A DNA stretch of 64,000 nucleotides, taken from the NCBI GenBank assembly GCA_965662895.1, contig CBFIJH010000003.1, positions 29,150 through 93,149 on the forward strand, written 5' to 3'. Each line of letters starts with the position of its first letter. Positions within the stretch are counted from its first letter, which is position 1. Positions 37,422 to 46,750 of this stretch are shown in pieces. This stretch comes from Candidatus Poseidoniaceae archaeon (GTDB lineage Archaea > Thermoplasmatota > Poseidoniia > Poseidoniales > Poseidoniaceae). The position numbers were made by a program, and so were the translations under genes. The notes beneath the pieces were generated by a model. It saw only the letters and a program-made list of their open reading frames with translations. It ran no database searches and was not told the DNA's origin.

Positions 37422-39098
37422 CTAGACTTCAGAGATTTCATCATCTGCCAAAGGAGGTAGGCCTTGTTTTGCTCGAACATAATCTGTATAATTCCCAAAG
37501 TAGACTTTGATTTTCCCATTCTCAAGTTCCCAAATCCGATTGACGACTTGGTCGAGGAACCATCGGTCGTGTGAGACAGTGATGAGCGAACCTTCGTAGC
37601 CAATGAGGGCTTCTTCGAGGGTTTCTTTTGATTCCATATCCAGGTGGTTGGTCGGTTCGTCCATCAACAGCAAGTTGTTGTCTTCGAGCAAGAGTTTGAG
37701 CAAGGCAACACGAGCACGCTCTCCACCGGAGAGTTGCTTGAGTTTGGTTCCAACCTGATCGCTTGAGAATTGGAACCGTCCCAGAGCAGCACGAATGTCT
37801 CCGTATTGGTAATCTGGGCGCAGCTTCTGAATTTGTTCAACAGGGTTCAGCTCAAAGTCGAGTGTGGCGTGATCCTGATGGAAGTAACCAATCACTGTAC
37901 CAGGCGAAACATCGATTTTTCCGGAATCGAGTTTCAGCTCCTCGTTGATGATTTTGAGCAAGGTCGTCTTCCCTTGACCGTTTCCACCGACAATTCCAAT
38001 GCGATCTCCTTTCCGGACTTCGAGGGTTTGGTTGTCGAGAATCGGTCGTTCAAGTCCTTCAAACGTCTTGGTTGCATCAACGAGTTCCAACACGTCCATG
38101 CTTGCCTTATCGATGGCATCGAGTTTGAGAATCAATGGCTTTCGCTTTTTTGGCACTCGTGCTTTCAATGCCTTGAGTTCTTGTTGCATTCGTGTGATCA
38201 TCTTGTGTTTTGCAGAAATCGACTTGTCGTATTTGTTGGCTCGCTTCATCTGTTGAATAGCACCGGTCGTGGATTGGATTTTCTTTTCCAAATTACCAAT
38301 TCGCTCATTGAGCGCTTGTTCGCTGGCAACTTTCTGGACGATGAATTGACTGTAGTTGCCTTTCCATGGCCATGCTCGCAAGTTGTCGATTTCGACGATT
38401 CTGTTGCAGACTTGGTCGAGGAAATATCGATCGTGTGAGACAATAAGTTGGGCTCCTTTGAAATCCTTCAGGAAGGCTTCCAACCATTCTGTCGTTTGAA
38501 TGTCGAGGTGGTTGGTCGGCTCGTCGAGGAAGATGACATCAATGCCTGATAGACCGACAAGCTGTCGAGCAAGAGCAAGTTTTGCCTTTTCTCCGCCAGA
38601 GAGTTGAGATACGTGCATGTCCATTGGGTGTTTGTCAAGGCCGAGGCGTTCGAGAATACCTTTTGCAATACCAGCAACGTTTCCACCTCCTGAAGAAGCG
38701 AGTGTCTGTTGAAGTTCGGAATACCGTTCCATCACAGGTTCCCAATCACCTTCGTAGAAGGCCGGGTCAACCATTTGTGCTTCAATTGCCGCAATCTCAT
38801 CTTCCAATTCTTGGAACTGTCGGCCTTTGCGACCAAGTTCTTCTTCGATGGTTGAATCGGATTCAATGTCGCGAATTTGGGTAAGGTAAGCGATGCGAAT
38901 TCCTGGTGCAAAATCAATCTCACCAACATCTTGTTGTTGTTCACTAATCGTGTTAAGCAGTGTTGTCTTCCCCGCCCCGTTGTGTCCGACAATACCGATT
39001 CGTTCACCATCGTTGACGATGAGATTGATGTCTTGCAAAACATCGGTTGGTCCGAAACTTCTGTCAACGCCTTCAACTGTTATGAGTTCACGAACCAT
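37422..39098 (-). CDS. ABC-F family ATPase (ribosome-associated)
   Basis: Two ABC domains (GHNGAGKT and GGNGQGKT; LSGGE twice; DEPTNHLD twice) and no TM helices. Confidence 0.93.
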   Translation of the reverse strand: MVRELITVEGVDRSFGPTDVLQDINLIVNDGERIGIVGHNGAGKTTLLNTISEQQQDVGEIDFAPGIRIAYLTQIRDIESDSTIEEELGRKGRQFQELEDEIAAIEAQMVDPAFYEGDWEPVMERYSELQQTLASSGGGNVAGIAKGILERLGLDKHPMDMHVSQLSGGEKAKLALARQLVGLSGIDVIFLDEPTNHLDIQTTEWLEAFLKDFKGAQLIVSHDRYFLDQVCNRIVEIDNLRAWPWKGNYSQFIVQKVASEQALNERIGNLEKKIQSTTGAIQQMKRANKYDKSISAKHKMITRMQQELKALKARVPKKRKPLILKLDAIDKASMDVLELVDATKTFEGLERPILDNQTLEVRKGDRIGIVGGNGQGKTTLLKIINEELKLDSGKIDVSPGTVIGYFHQDHATLDFELNPVEQIQKLRPDYQYGDIRAALGRFQFSSDQVGTKLKQLSGGERARVALLKLLLEDNNLLLMDEPTNHLDMESKETLEEALIGYEGSLITVSHDRWFLDQVVNRIWELENGKIKVYFGNYTDYVRAKQGLPPLADDEISEV

Positions 39099-39158
39099 GG
39101 TGGGTCACCAAACTGAGCCCAACGATGGGGCTTCAAAACCCAATCGGTCAAAAAACCC

Positions 39159-41069
39159 TCAGTTGATGGTTGCAATCGCTTCTTCGTGACGTTTCAAGAG
39201 GTTTCGCAACTTGACCTTCATTGATGGTGTTAACAGGTCATTGTCCGTGGTCCATTCTTCATGATCGAGGATGATGGTTGCTGGAATCTCGTACCCCTTC
39301 CATGTTGGAGCCTGCATTGAATTGGCCTTCAGCTCGGAGAGCATCCAGTCACGGGTTGATTGTCGAGCACAAATCTCCTCATCGCTTCCTGATGCGTCAA
39401 CGCCACCTGCCTTCATTGCAGCTTTCATTGCCTCAAGGTTCGGGTGAACGATGAGGTACGTCTTGAGCATGTTTCGTCCATCGAGCGCAGCTTGCTCAAC
39501 CAATGGTGAAAGTTTGACGTTCTCTTCGAGTGAAGCAGGTGAAACGTACTTCCCATTTTCGAGTTTGAATTGACTCTTGACACGGCCAGTGATGGAGAGA
39601 TAGCCATCAGGTGAGAGTTTCCCGAGATCTCCAGTACGGAAGGTTCCAGGTTCAATGATGACTTCCTTGGTTGCCTCTTCGTTGTTCCAGTAGCCGAGCA
39701 TAACGTTCGGTCCAGTAACGATGATTTCACCTTCATCAGGTCGGTCAGGGTCGTCCCATGCATCGGTGTCGATGGTGACTTCAACCCCGTTCGCAACTTG
39801 GCCAACGCATCGAAGCTTCGACTTGCCTGGACCAGACCAGCCGTTTGCGGCCACCAAGGGCGCAGTCTCGGTCAACCCGTAGCCTTCGTAACAACTGAAT
39901 CCGACCATTTGAATGAATTCAGCAACGTCGGGTGACAATGCAGCAGCACCGGACATACAGAAACGGATGTTTCCACCGAACCGTGCTCGGACCTTGCTCC
40001 AAACGAGTTTGTCGTAGAGTTTGTCAAAGAAACCGCTTGGAGGGACAGCATCACATTCGACTCCAGCCTTAGCAATTCGCTTTGCAGCGGATTTCTTGGC
40101 CTTACCGATGAGAATCTTCTTGAGGCCAGTCGCCGCCTCGAATTGTGCGTTTACGCGGTCGTAGAACTTGTTCCAAACACGGGGAACAGCAAGAAGAACT
40201 GCAGGCTTAATTTCGATACACTCGTCAGCAATCTTGGTCAAGTCTGAGATGAGGTTGATGTGAACACCGCAACGAATCATCCAGTGAAGATCGAATGTAC
40301 TTCCAAACGAATGCGCCCACGGAAGGAATGCCGCGTTCTTGTCACCGACATAGATCTTGAAGGCGGATTGAACACAGAGGACGTTCGAGAGGGTGTTCCA
40401 GTTGGTGAGCATAACGCCCTTTGGGTTTCCAGTCGTTCCAGATGTATAGATGAGCGTGTTGAGTGCGAATGGATCATCGGCAACATCGATGGCCTCTTCA
40501 CTTGCTCGACCAGCGGCAACGAATTCTGCCCACTGATGGACGGTGACGCCTTCAGGAGGAAGTTCGTTTGCTGGCTCGTCACCGAGCAAGAGAACACCAC
40601 AACGTGGCCACTTTGCTGCATCATCGGGCAAGTTTGCAATCAACTTGTCGAGGACTGTTGTATCGGCAACAGCGATGAGTGATGGTTCGGAATCATCCAA
40701 AATGTAGGCCCATTCGGCACCGTGCTGGTGTGTGTACATGGCGGTGTATGCTGCACCGAGTGCGTTTGCTCCATAGGAAAGAGCAGCCCACTCGACGGAA
40801 TTGTTGAGAATCATTGCAACTCGATCGCCAGCGTTGACTCCAACATCGCGAAGTTGCTTACCAACGGCAGCCGCAAGGTCACCGAATTCACGGTACGTTA
40901 GGTGAACACGTGGCATGCCAGGACTCGGAATGTATCCAAAACATGGATGTTCACTGAATCGCTCTGCGCTCGTCATAAGCATCTGGTAGAGTGTTCGAGG
41001 GTCGTCTCCCTCTGGCTTCTTCCATTGGCGGTCGTCAGGCTGTCGTTCCCACGCAAGTTGTTGTTGCAT
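39159..41069 (-). CDS. Long-chain acyl-CoA synthetase (AMP-binding, FadD15/ACSL-like)
   Basis: YTSGTTGNPKG, EGYGLTET, TGDLG, GRVKSQFKLENGKYV and LTPSMKV motifs. Confidence 0.92.
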   Translation of the reverse strand: MQQQLAWERQPDDRQWKKPEGDDPRTLYQMLMTSAERFSEHPCFGYIPSPGMPRVHLTYREFGDLAAAVGKQLRDVGVNAGDRVAMILNNSVEWAALSYGANALGAAYTAMYTHQHGAEWAYILDDSEPSLIAVADTTVLDKLIANLPDDAAKWPRCGVLLLGDEPANELPPEGVTVHQWAEFVAAGRASEEAIDVADDPFALNTLIYTSGTTGNPKGVMLTNWNTLSNVLCVQSAFKIYVGDKNAAFLPWAHSFGSTFDLHWMIRCGVHINLISDLTKIADECIEIKPAVLLAVPRVWNKFYDRVNAQFEAATGLKKILIGKAKKSAAKRIAKAGVECDAVPPSGFFDKLYDKLVWSKVRARFGGNIRFCMSGAAALSPDVAEFIQMVGFSCYEGYGLTETAPLVAANGWSGPGKSKLRCVGQVANGVEVTIDTDAWDDPDRPDEGEIIVTGPNVMLGYWNNEEATKEVIIEPGTFRTGDLGKLSPDGYLSITGRVKSQFKLENGKYVSPASLEENVKLSPLVEQAALDGRNMLKTYLIVHPNLEAMKAAMKAGGVDASGSDEEICARQSTRDWMLSELKANSMQAPTWKGYEIPATIILDHEEWTTDNDLLTPSMKVKLRNLLKRHEEAIATIN

Positions 41070-41113
41070 AGACTATGGTGTGCATTGCTACACTTAATTT
41101 CATCCCCTACTCT

Positions 41114-41851
41114 TCATGGTTGGGGGATTTTTGAAATGGCATTGGCTCTCCAATCCGCACCACCGTTTCGATTTGCGAGTGGCGAAGCAGGGCTTGGGTG
41201 CCACATCGAATCGATATGGACATCGGTCAGTACCGATTGAGCACGCTTTTTTGCGTAGTTGCCAACACCAACGACCGACTCGATGGCCATGATGTCAACG
41301 ACCGCCTTGAGGTGTTTGTCACATGCTTTCAAAACGGGTTCAATGGTTGATTTTGGAAGATCGACAGGCGTTACATTGCGACCCGTTTCTCCAAGAATGA
41401 GAAGTGGACAGTGATTGACGACGAAGATGTTTGAAAAAATCGATTCAGTTGAACCATAATGTTCGGATAACATCGACCAGAATCTCGTTCCTGAAACTTC
41501 CTGTCGTTCCATCGATAAACCTTCAATCGGTCGTTTTGGATGTGCCCCTGGAGGTGTTCTTACGTCCCGTTCTTTGATTTGTAGAATGTCTCGAGCCATC
41601 GCAGTCGCTCCGAAAGGAACACCTGTCTGCGCCATTCCATAGGGTCCTGGATTCATGCCAAGAAGGAGCGTTGTAGCACCAAATCCGCTCCATTTGTCGA
41701 TGAATTGTTCATGATAGGCCCATGCATAATCAAGAGGATTTGTGACGTGTGCGACCGATTTGTGTTTCATGATACGACCGATACCTCGATTGCAATCTTC
41801 TGAAAGGCGCAATGCTGCATCCTTCAATTGTTCCGAGATGGATTCTACCAT
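41114..41851 (-). CDS. SMUG1-family (UDG family 3) uracil-DNA glycosylase
   Basis: GMNPGPYGMAQTGVPFG, EVSGTRFW, NHCPL and HPSP motifs. Confidence 0.9.
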   Translation of the reverse strand: MVESISEQLKDAALRLSEDCNRGIGRIMKHKSVAHVTNPLDYAWAYHEQFIDKWSGFGATTLLLGMNPGPYGMAQTGVPFGATAMARDILQIKERDVRTPPGAHPKRPIEGLSMERQEVSGTRFWSMLSEHYGSTESIFSNIFVVNHCPLLILGETGRNVTPVDLPKSTIEPVLKACDKHLKAVVDIMAIESVVGVGNYAKKRAQSVLTDVHIDSMWHPSPASPLANRNGGADWRANAISKIPQP

Positions 41852-42525
41852 GGAAGTTCGTCCCCTGTATACTCGAAGAATCGTCCGCTTCGCTCCTCTG
41901 TTTGTTGATTGATCAATCCAATAAGGCCTTCAACAGATACAGAAGCAGGAACGGGAGCACGTTCGCCACCCATGTCGGTCTTTGCCCAACCGGGGTGATA
42001 GGATGTCACCGTAATGTTGTCATTTTGTCCTTCCACAGCAAGGATTTTACTGATCATGTTCAATCCAGTCTTGCTGGTCCGGTACGCATATGATCGACCG
42101 CTCATACAATCATCAATCGAACCCATCAGGCTTGAAATGTTGGCAATCTTGGTTGGCATTGAACCTTGAAGCAGTGGCCAGAGTGCTTGTGAAACTCGTA
42201 ATGGGCCAATGGTGTTCACGTTCAAAACATCGAGTGAGATTTCTGGATCAACCTCCTCAATGGATTGCCATCGTCCATCCATGCGACCTGCATTGTTGAC
42301 GAGAACATCGATTGAATCCGTAACTGATTTGATATGATTCGCGAATTCTTTGACAGATGCTGTCGAGGCAACATCGAGTTGAAACACAGTCAATTGCGCA
42401 TGTTCAAATTCCATTGCTTTAGGATCACGAACACCTGCAAGAACCGTGTGTCCATCTGCAAGGAGTTGCTTCGCAAATTCAAGCCCTAGTCCTCTGTTTG
42501 CACCAGTAATGACCCATGTCGCCAT
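41845..42525 (-). CDS. Short-chain dehydrogenase (C-factor/CsgA-like SDR)
   Basis: TGANRGLG, NNAG, YRTSK and HPGWAKTDMGG motifs. Confidence 0.9.
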   Translation of the reverse strand: MATWVITGANRGLGLEFAKQLLADGHTVLAGVRDPKAMEFEHAQLTVFQLDVASTASVKEFANHIKSVTDSIDVLVNNAGRMDGRWQSIEEVDPEISLDVLNVNTIGPLRVSQALWPLLQGSMPTKIANISSLMGSIDDCMSGRSYAYRTSKTGLNMISKILAVEGQNDNITVTSYHPGWAKTDMGGERAPVPASVSVEGLIGLINQQTEERSGRFFEYTGDELPW

Positions 42526-42556
42526 AGGGATACGTGGTCAAGGGGATTCATTGAGG

Positions 42557-44314
42557 TTACTTGTCGCTCAATACGGACAACATGATGGAATCGAGATTGA
42601 CCTTTGCCGCATCAAAAATTGCTTCAAGCGATGGATTCTCCTGCTTACGTTTTAATTTCGCACGAGATGAAATGAGATTCCACGCTGCCTTTTTTCCAAT
42701 ACCCGGTATGGCTTCAAGCTGCTTTTCTGTAACTGTATTAATGTTCAAATCTGTCTCAACACCCGTGATTGAACGTGCGCCATGTCCTGTAATCATAATG
42801 TCCGATGTCGTTTCAAGCGGAATGTGATATGTAACGCCAATGAGGATTGGATATGCACCAATTTGACGACCGAAGGTAAGTCCTGCACGTCCATGGATAC
42901 GCTTCCCAACGTGTTCTTCTGTAAGGTGGACAGGTAAACGCGTTCGCCCATCGTGGGTTTCCCAATGCACATCTTTGAGAACATGACCTAGAGGAAACAA
43001 TTCTTGCAGTAGTGGTGAATCGATGGTCTCACGTACAGCCGATTTGAACCGCTTGAACTCAACTTCTGGAATGTCTTGGAAACCGTCTCCCTCAACTTGC
43101 CGAATGTTGATTCTTCGCAACAAAAGTCCTTCATTCCTCAAGGATTGAAGCAGGTTTAGATTCATTTCATAGGTTTCAGGACGTTCTCCATTGAGGCCCG
43201 CAATAAAATTCAGTCCTGGTAGGAGTTTGGGAAGTCCCCGTTCACCTCGTTCACGACCGTATTGATTGATGAGTCGAAGTGCTGTCTTCAATTGATTGGA
43301 ATCACAATTCAACCAATTTTCAGCATGGACATTTGGATCGGCTGACTCAAGACCGAACGATAAGACCGCACCATCTGAGAGTGTTTCAACCAACGTTTTC
43401 GTAATTTCAGTCGAAGGTTCGATGTTCTCTGCGATAATGGATGGATTCCCGTTATCGGTATGGAGAATCTTCAACCGCTCATCTTCTCGTAATCCATGAA
43501 GCAGTTTGGCAATAGGTTCAGGATTTGGAATTGGATATTCAAGTTCCTTCACGCCGTCAGCCATGTAGGTGTAGGTGTCTGTCATTCCACCGAGTCGAAC
43601 ATGCTGAACTCCGGCATCATGAGCGAGTTTAACCTCTCGGATGATGTCTTCGGGCGTTCGCCAAATCGGAACACCTTTTTTTGGTTCGATGCAAAATTTG
43701 CATCCACGCTTGAATCGCACGCAGCCTTGGTAGACCTCTACCTCATAGGTCAGGGGGCCTTTCTTTTGCTCCATACCCAAATCAGGATGCTGCACGACGG
43801 CTTTGCTCTGTGCGCCAAGGTGTGCCCATGTTGTCCATTCCTCGCTTGTTCTCCGCTCATGTTTCCATGTCCCTGTATTGAGGAATTGATGCAAGGTTGC
43901 ATCGGTATCTTGAACAGACAAGAAGAGATTACTCCGAAGCGGTAACCATCCTTGTTGCTTCCAACCGCGAACGGCCCACCCGCCAAACAATGCAGGAATG
44001 TCGCGGGGCAGAGATCGAATCAGCTCAGTCGACTCTCTGCGAGATATCGGCGTTCCTCGAATGTAACGGCCAGGAACAACAGCACCAGCGATGCAAACGA
44101 ATCCTTCCAATTCTCTGAGAATCCGGTCTTGTTCTTGCTCGGAGCATAATCGCCACTGATCGATGGTCATGTATGTGTAATCGATGTTGTGCTGTTCGAG
44201 AACTCCACAAACATAGCGAATATGAAAACCGACGTATGGAGGAACACCAAAAGCGGCTGGTTCGTCCTCGTACCCATCGAGAACGAGCCAAGAAGGAGAA
44301 TCGTTCTCTACCAT
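42557..44314 (-). CDS. Radical SAM protein with C-terminal helix-hairpin-helix (COG1031-like)
   Basis: DGYEDEPAAFGVPPY, extended Cys motif GCVRFKRGCKFC, GLESAD, RRINIRQV and HhH IPGIGKK. Confidence 0.85.
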   Translation of the reverse strand: MVENDSPSWLVLDGYEDEPAAFGVPPYVGFHIRYVCGVLEQHNIDYTYMTIDQWRLCSEQEQDRILRELEGFVCIAGAVVPGRYIRGTPISRRESTELIRSLPRDIPALFGGWAVRGWKQQGWLPLRSNLFLSVQDTDATLHQFLNTGTWKHERRTSEEWTTWAHLGAQSKAVVQHPDLGMEQKKGPLTYEVEVYQGCVRFKRGCKFCIEPKKGVPIWRTPEDIIREVKLAHDAGVQHVRLGGMTDTYTYMADGVKELEYPIPNPEPIAKLLHGLREDERLKILHTDNGNPSIIAENIEPSTEITKTLVETLSDGAVLSFGLESADPNVHAENWLNCDSNQLKTALRLINQYGRERGERGLPKLLPGLNFIAGLNGERPETYEMNLNLLQSLRNEGLLLRRINIRQVEGDGFQDIPEVEFKRFKSAVRETIDSPLLQELFPLGHVLKDVHWETHDGRTRLPVHLTEEHVGKRIHGRAGLTFGRQIGAYPILIGVTYHIPLETTSDIMITGHGARSITGVETDLNINTVTEKQLEAIPGIGKKAAWNLISSRAKLKRKQENPSLEAIFDAAKVNLDSIMLSVLSDK

Positions 44315-44393
44315 GCTGCTCGTCTTGGCTACCGATTGATAGCATTATGTCCACAAACGTCGATGACAATTGATATTTTGAGGGAAAGAATCT

Positions 44394-45743
44394 TCATCGA
44401 TTCTTCTTTTTCTTTTCTTCGGCAATGGCTTTCATTTCTCGAGAGGATTTCCCACCGCGAGGCTCTTTCTTTCCACCGGATTGCGAAATGTCAACTTTTA
44501 ATCGTCGACCGTTGAGTTCTTTCCCGTTGAGGGCTTTAACGACGTCATCACCCTTGTCTTTCTCATTGATAAAGACGAAAGCGAATCCTTTCGGTTTGCC
44601 GCCTTTGTCCGTTGCGATGGCAATTTCATTGATCGTCGCTGCATCACCAAAGAATGCAGTAATCGCCTTTTCATCCGCATCGAATGGCAGGTTACCGACG
44701 TAGAGTTTCAATCCCTTTGCCGGTCCTTTCGAACGCTTTTCTTTGTTGTCAGCATCTCGAACACCAATGCGACGTCCATGCAAGCGATGTCCATCAAGTT
44801 CCTTGATTGCAGCCTCAGCGTGTGATTTTTCCGTGTACGTTACAAATCCAAATCCTCTTGATGCTCCTGAATCATCGGTCATGACAATGCAATCCGTCAT
44901 GTCACCATGCTTGCCAAAGAGTTCGCGAAGTTTTTCTGTGTCGACCTCTCGAGGAAGCCCTCCAACGAACAAGCGGCACCCTGGCGCTGCTCTCTGTCGA
45001 CGACCTCCACTCTGACCTTGGCCTACAAACCGGAAATACGTTCGCTCTCGCCCATCTTCACGGACGTCAGCAGCAATGTATGTTGCGCGACCAGAGGAAC
45101 CATGAGCAAACAGTTGTTCAGCCTCCTTGCCCCAACGCTTTCCCGAGAGGTTCAATGTGGAGGCACCTTGCTCCAATTCGGCCCAACCAGCACCGAAGTT
45201 ATCAGCAAGTGCACGATAACCTTCGTATTCGCACGTTGGACAAGCAACGTTCCAATCACCGTTGACATGCGCCTCGAGGGTATCTCCACAGGGGGGACAA
45301 ATTGCATGCAAAACGCCACAATCATCTCGTTCTCGGAAATCGAGTCGAACAACGGGTTCAATTTCGGTGACAATCGCACGCGCAACATCTCTTCGTCGTA
45401 CTGCATCCGCAACGGTGTGAAGGAAGCGATCGACGATTCTCGTGACGTGGAAGTGTCCGTGGAGCTGATGCGGAAGAACGTCCCCGCTCTTTCCTTCGAC
45501 GGCGAGGATGCGTGCTTCACCACCCTTTTCTTGCAGTTTTTCGAATTGGCACAGGACTGTGTCACCAATCTGAATGTTAACAATGGATTTTGTAGCGTCA
45601 ACGATGATGTGTTCGTCTTCAATGCGCATGTAGCCCGTTGTTGTTGCCACGATGTGGTCATCAACAGTGGTTGTTCCTTCGCCAGCTCGATGTTTGCCGA
45701 CGGTTCCAATTCTTGTTCCTGGGGTGACGAGGCTCGTCGTCAT
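44394..45743 (-). CDS. csl4: Exosome Csl4-like protein (S1 + Zn ribbon) fused to two RRM domains
   Basis: LVTPGTRIG...AGEGT N-terminal domain, S1 region (IGDTV...DVARAIV), GVLHAICPPC...CPTC Zn ribbon, then two RRMs: LFVGGL/RGFGFVTY and LYVGNL/KGFAFVFI. Confidence 0.8.
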   Translation of the reverse strand: MTTSLVTPGTRIGTVGKHRAGEGTTTVDDHIVATTTGYMRIEDEHIIVDATKSIVNIQIGDTVLCQFEKLQEKGGEARILAVEGKSGDVLPHQLHGHFHVTRIVDRFLHTVADAVRRRDVARAIVTEIEPVVRLDFRERDDCGVLHAICPPCGDTLEAHVNGDWNVACPTCEYEGYRALADNFGAGWAELEQGASTLNLSGKRWGKEAEQLFAHGSSGRATYIAADVREDGRERTYFRFVGQGQSGGRRQRAAPGCRLFVGGLPREVDTEKLRELFGKHGDMTDCIVMTDDSGASRGFGFVTYTEKSHAEAAIKELDGHRLHGRRIGVRDADNKEKRSKGPAKGLKLYVGNLPFDADEKAITAFFGDAATINEIAIATDKGGKPKGFAFVFINEKDKGDDVVKALNGKELNGRRLKVDISQSGGKKEPRGGKSSREMKAIAEEKKKKNR

Positions 45744-45839
45744 ATTTTCAACTCGCTGCACAAGCTGCCGATGTATCGACGCGTTGTGCTATTTTGATGC
45801 GAGCGATGCTCCCTTTTCAACCCCTCACATAGGTTTGCA

Positions 45840-46460
45840 TCATTTTTTCTTCTCGAGACGATAGCATCGTATGCGGGTCGAAGCCTTGTTTTTTGAGTGA
45901 TGAGCATAGGCAGCAGGTAGGCGAAAATCGTCCTGATAAATTGAATGCAACGCATAGCCATTGTTGTGAGCAAGGGGTAAAAGATGCTCAGCACCAATGC
46001 TGTGAAGAAAATGAATAATCGGTATTTGCATTGCAAAAACCGTCTCAAAAAACACACGATCTGCGCGTTGGGTTTGAACACCCCACGGAGGGTTCATGAT
46101 GGCAATGTCAACGGATTTTTGCAAGTCGATTGGACTTCCGATAACGGTCTGTTCGAGTACCGTGCACATTGAATCACCCTCGACATCCTGGACATTTTTT
46201 CTCAAGACATCGACGGTTGTTGCGTCACACTCGATCAGCGTAACGTGGGCTGCGCCAAGAAAGGCTGCACCTATTCCCAGAACTCCATTTCCAGCACCGA
46301 GGTCGAGAACGTGTTTCCCTTCGAATCCATCACCAAGATTGATTTTGGTTAACCATGCAGCGGCTAGGTTCCCTTCAGTTGGATACTGTTCAAGTTCAAC
46401 GGAGTTGCATGGGTGTGGAGAAAGTGACGAAAGGCGCATCGCAAGATGCCGTTGACGCAT
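45840..46460 (-). CDS. METTL5-like N6-adenine RNA methyltransferase
   Basis: LEQYPT, VLDLGAGNG, NPPWG and AYAHH motifs. Confidence 0.88.
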   Translation of the reverse strand: MRQRHLAMRLSSLSPHPCNSVELEQYPTEGNLAAAWLTKINLGDGFEGKHVLDLGAGNGVLGIGAAFLGAAHVTLIECDATTVDVLRKNVQDVEGDSMCTVLEQTVIGSPIDLQKSVDIAIMNPPWGVQTQRADRVFFETVFAMQIPIIHFLHSIGAEHLLPLAHNNGYALHSIYQDDFRLPAAYAHHSKNKASTRIRCYRLEKKK

Positions 46461-46464
46461 GCAT

Positions 46465-46707
46465 TCACCAACGTCGCTGTTGACCGAATTGTTGGTTGTT
46501 GAATTGTTGTTGCTGTTGCATCTGAGCGGCGTACTGAGCCTGTTGCATGGCTTGTTGATTGCTCATCATCAAAGCGATTTGACGAATCTGCTCTGCTTCC
46601 ATTCGAAGACGTTGGATGAGTTGCTCACCAGGTTGTTGGTTGCCACAGAACCTACAAAATCGCATTCCATCGTGCAGGGATTGTCCACAAGCCACACAGA
46701 ACGCCAT
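46465..46707 (-). CDS. Small double Zn-ribbon protein with Gln-rich C-terminus
   Basis: FCVACG...FCRFCG and a QQQQQ-rich tail; AGGTGA SD upstream. Confidence 0.75.
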   Translation of the reverse strand: MAFCVACGQSLHDGMRFCRFCGNQQPGEQLIQRLRMEAEQIRQIALMMSNQQAMQQAQYAAQMQQQQQFNNQQFGQQRRW

Positions 46708-46750
46708 CGTCTCACCTAATATTTGCTACCCGTCTTCCAATTTGAACCTT

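Noticed and set aside
44907-45797. 296-aa plus-strand ORF
   Set aside because: Antisense to the Csl4-RRM gene with no recognisable motifs.
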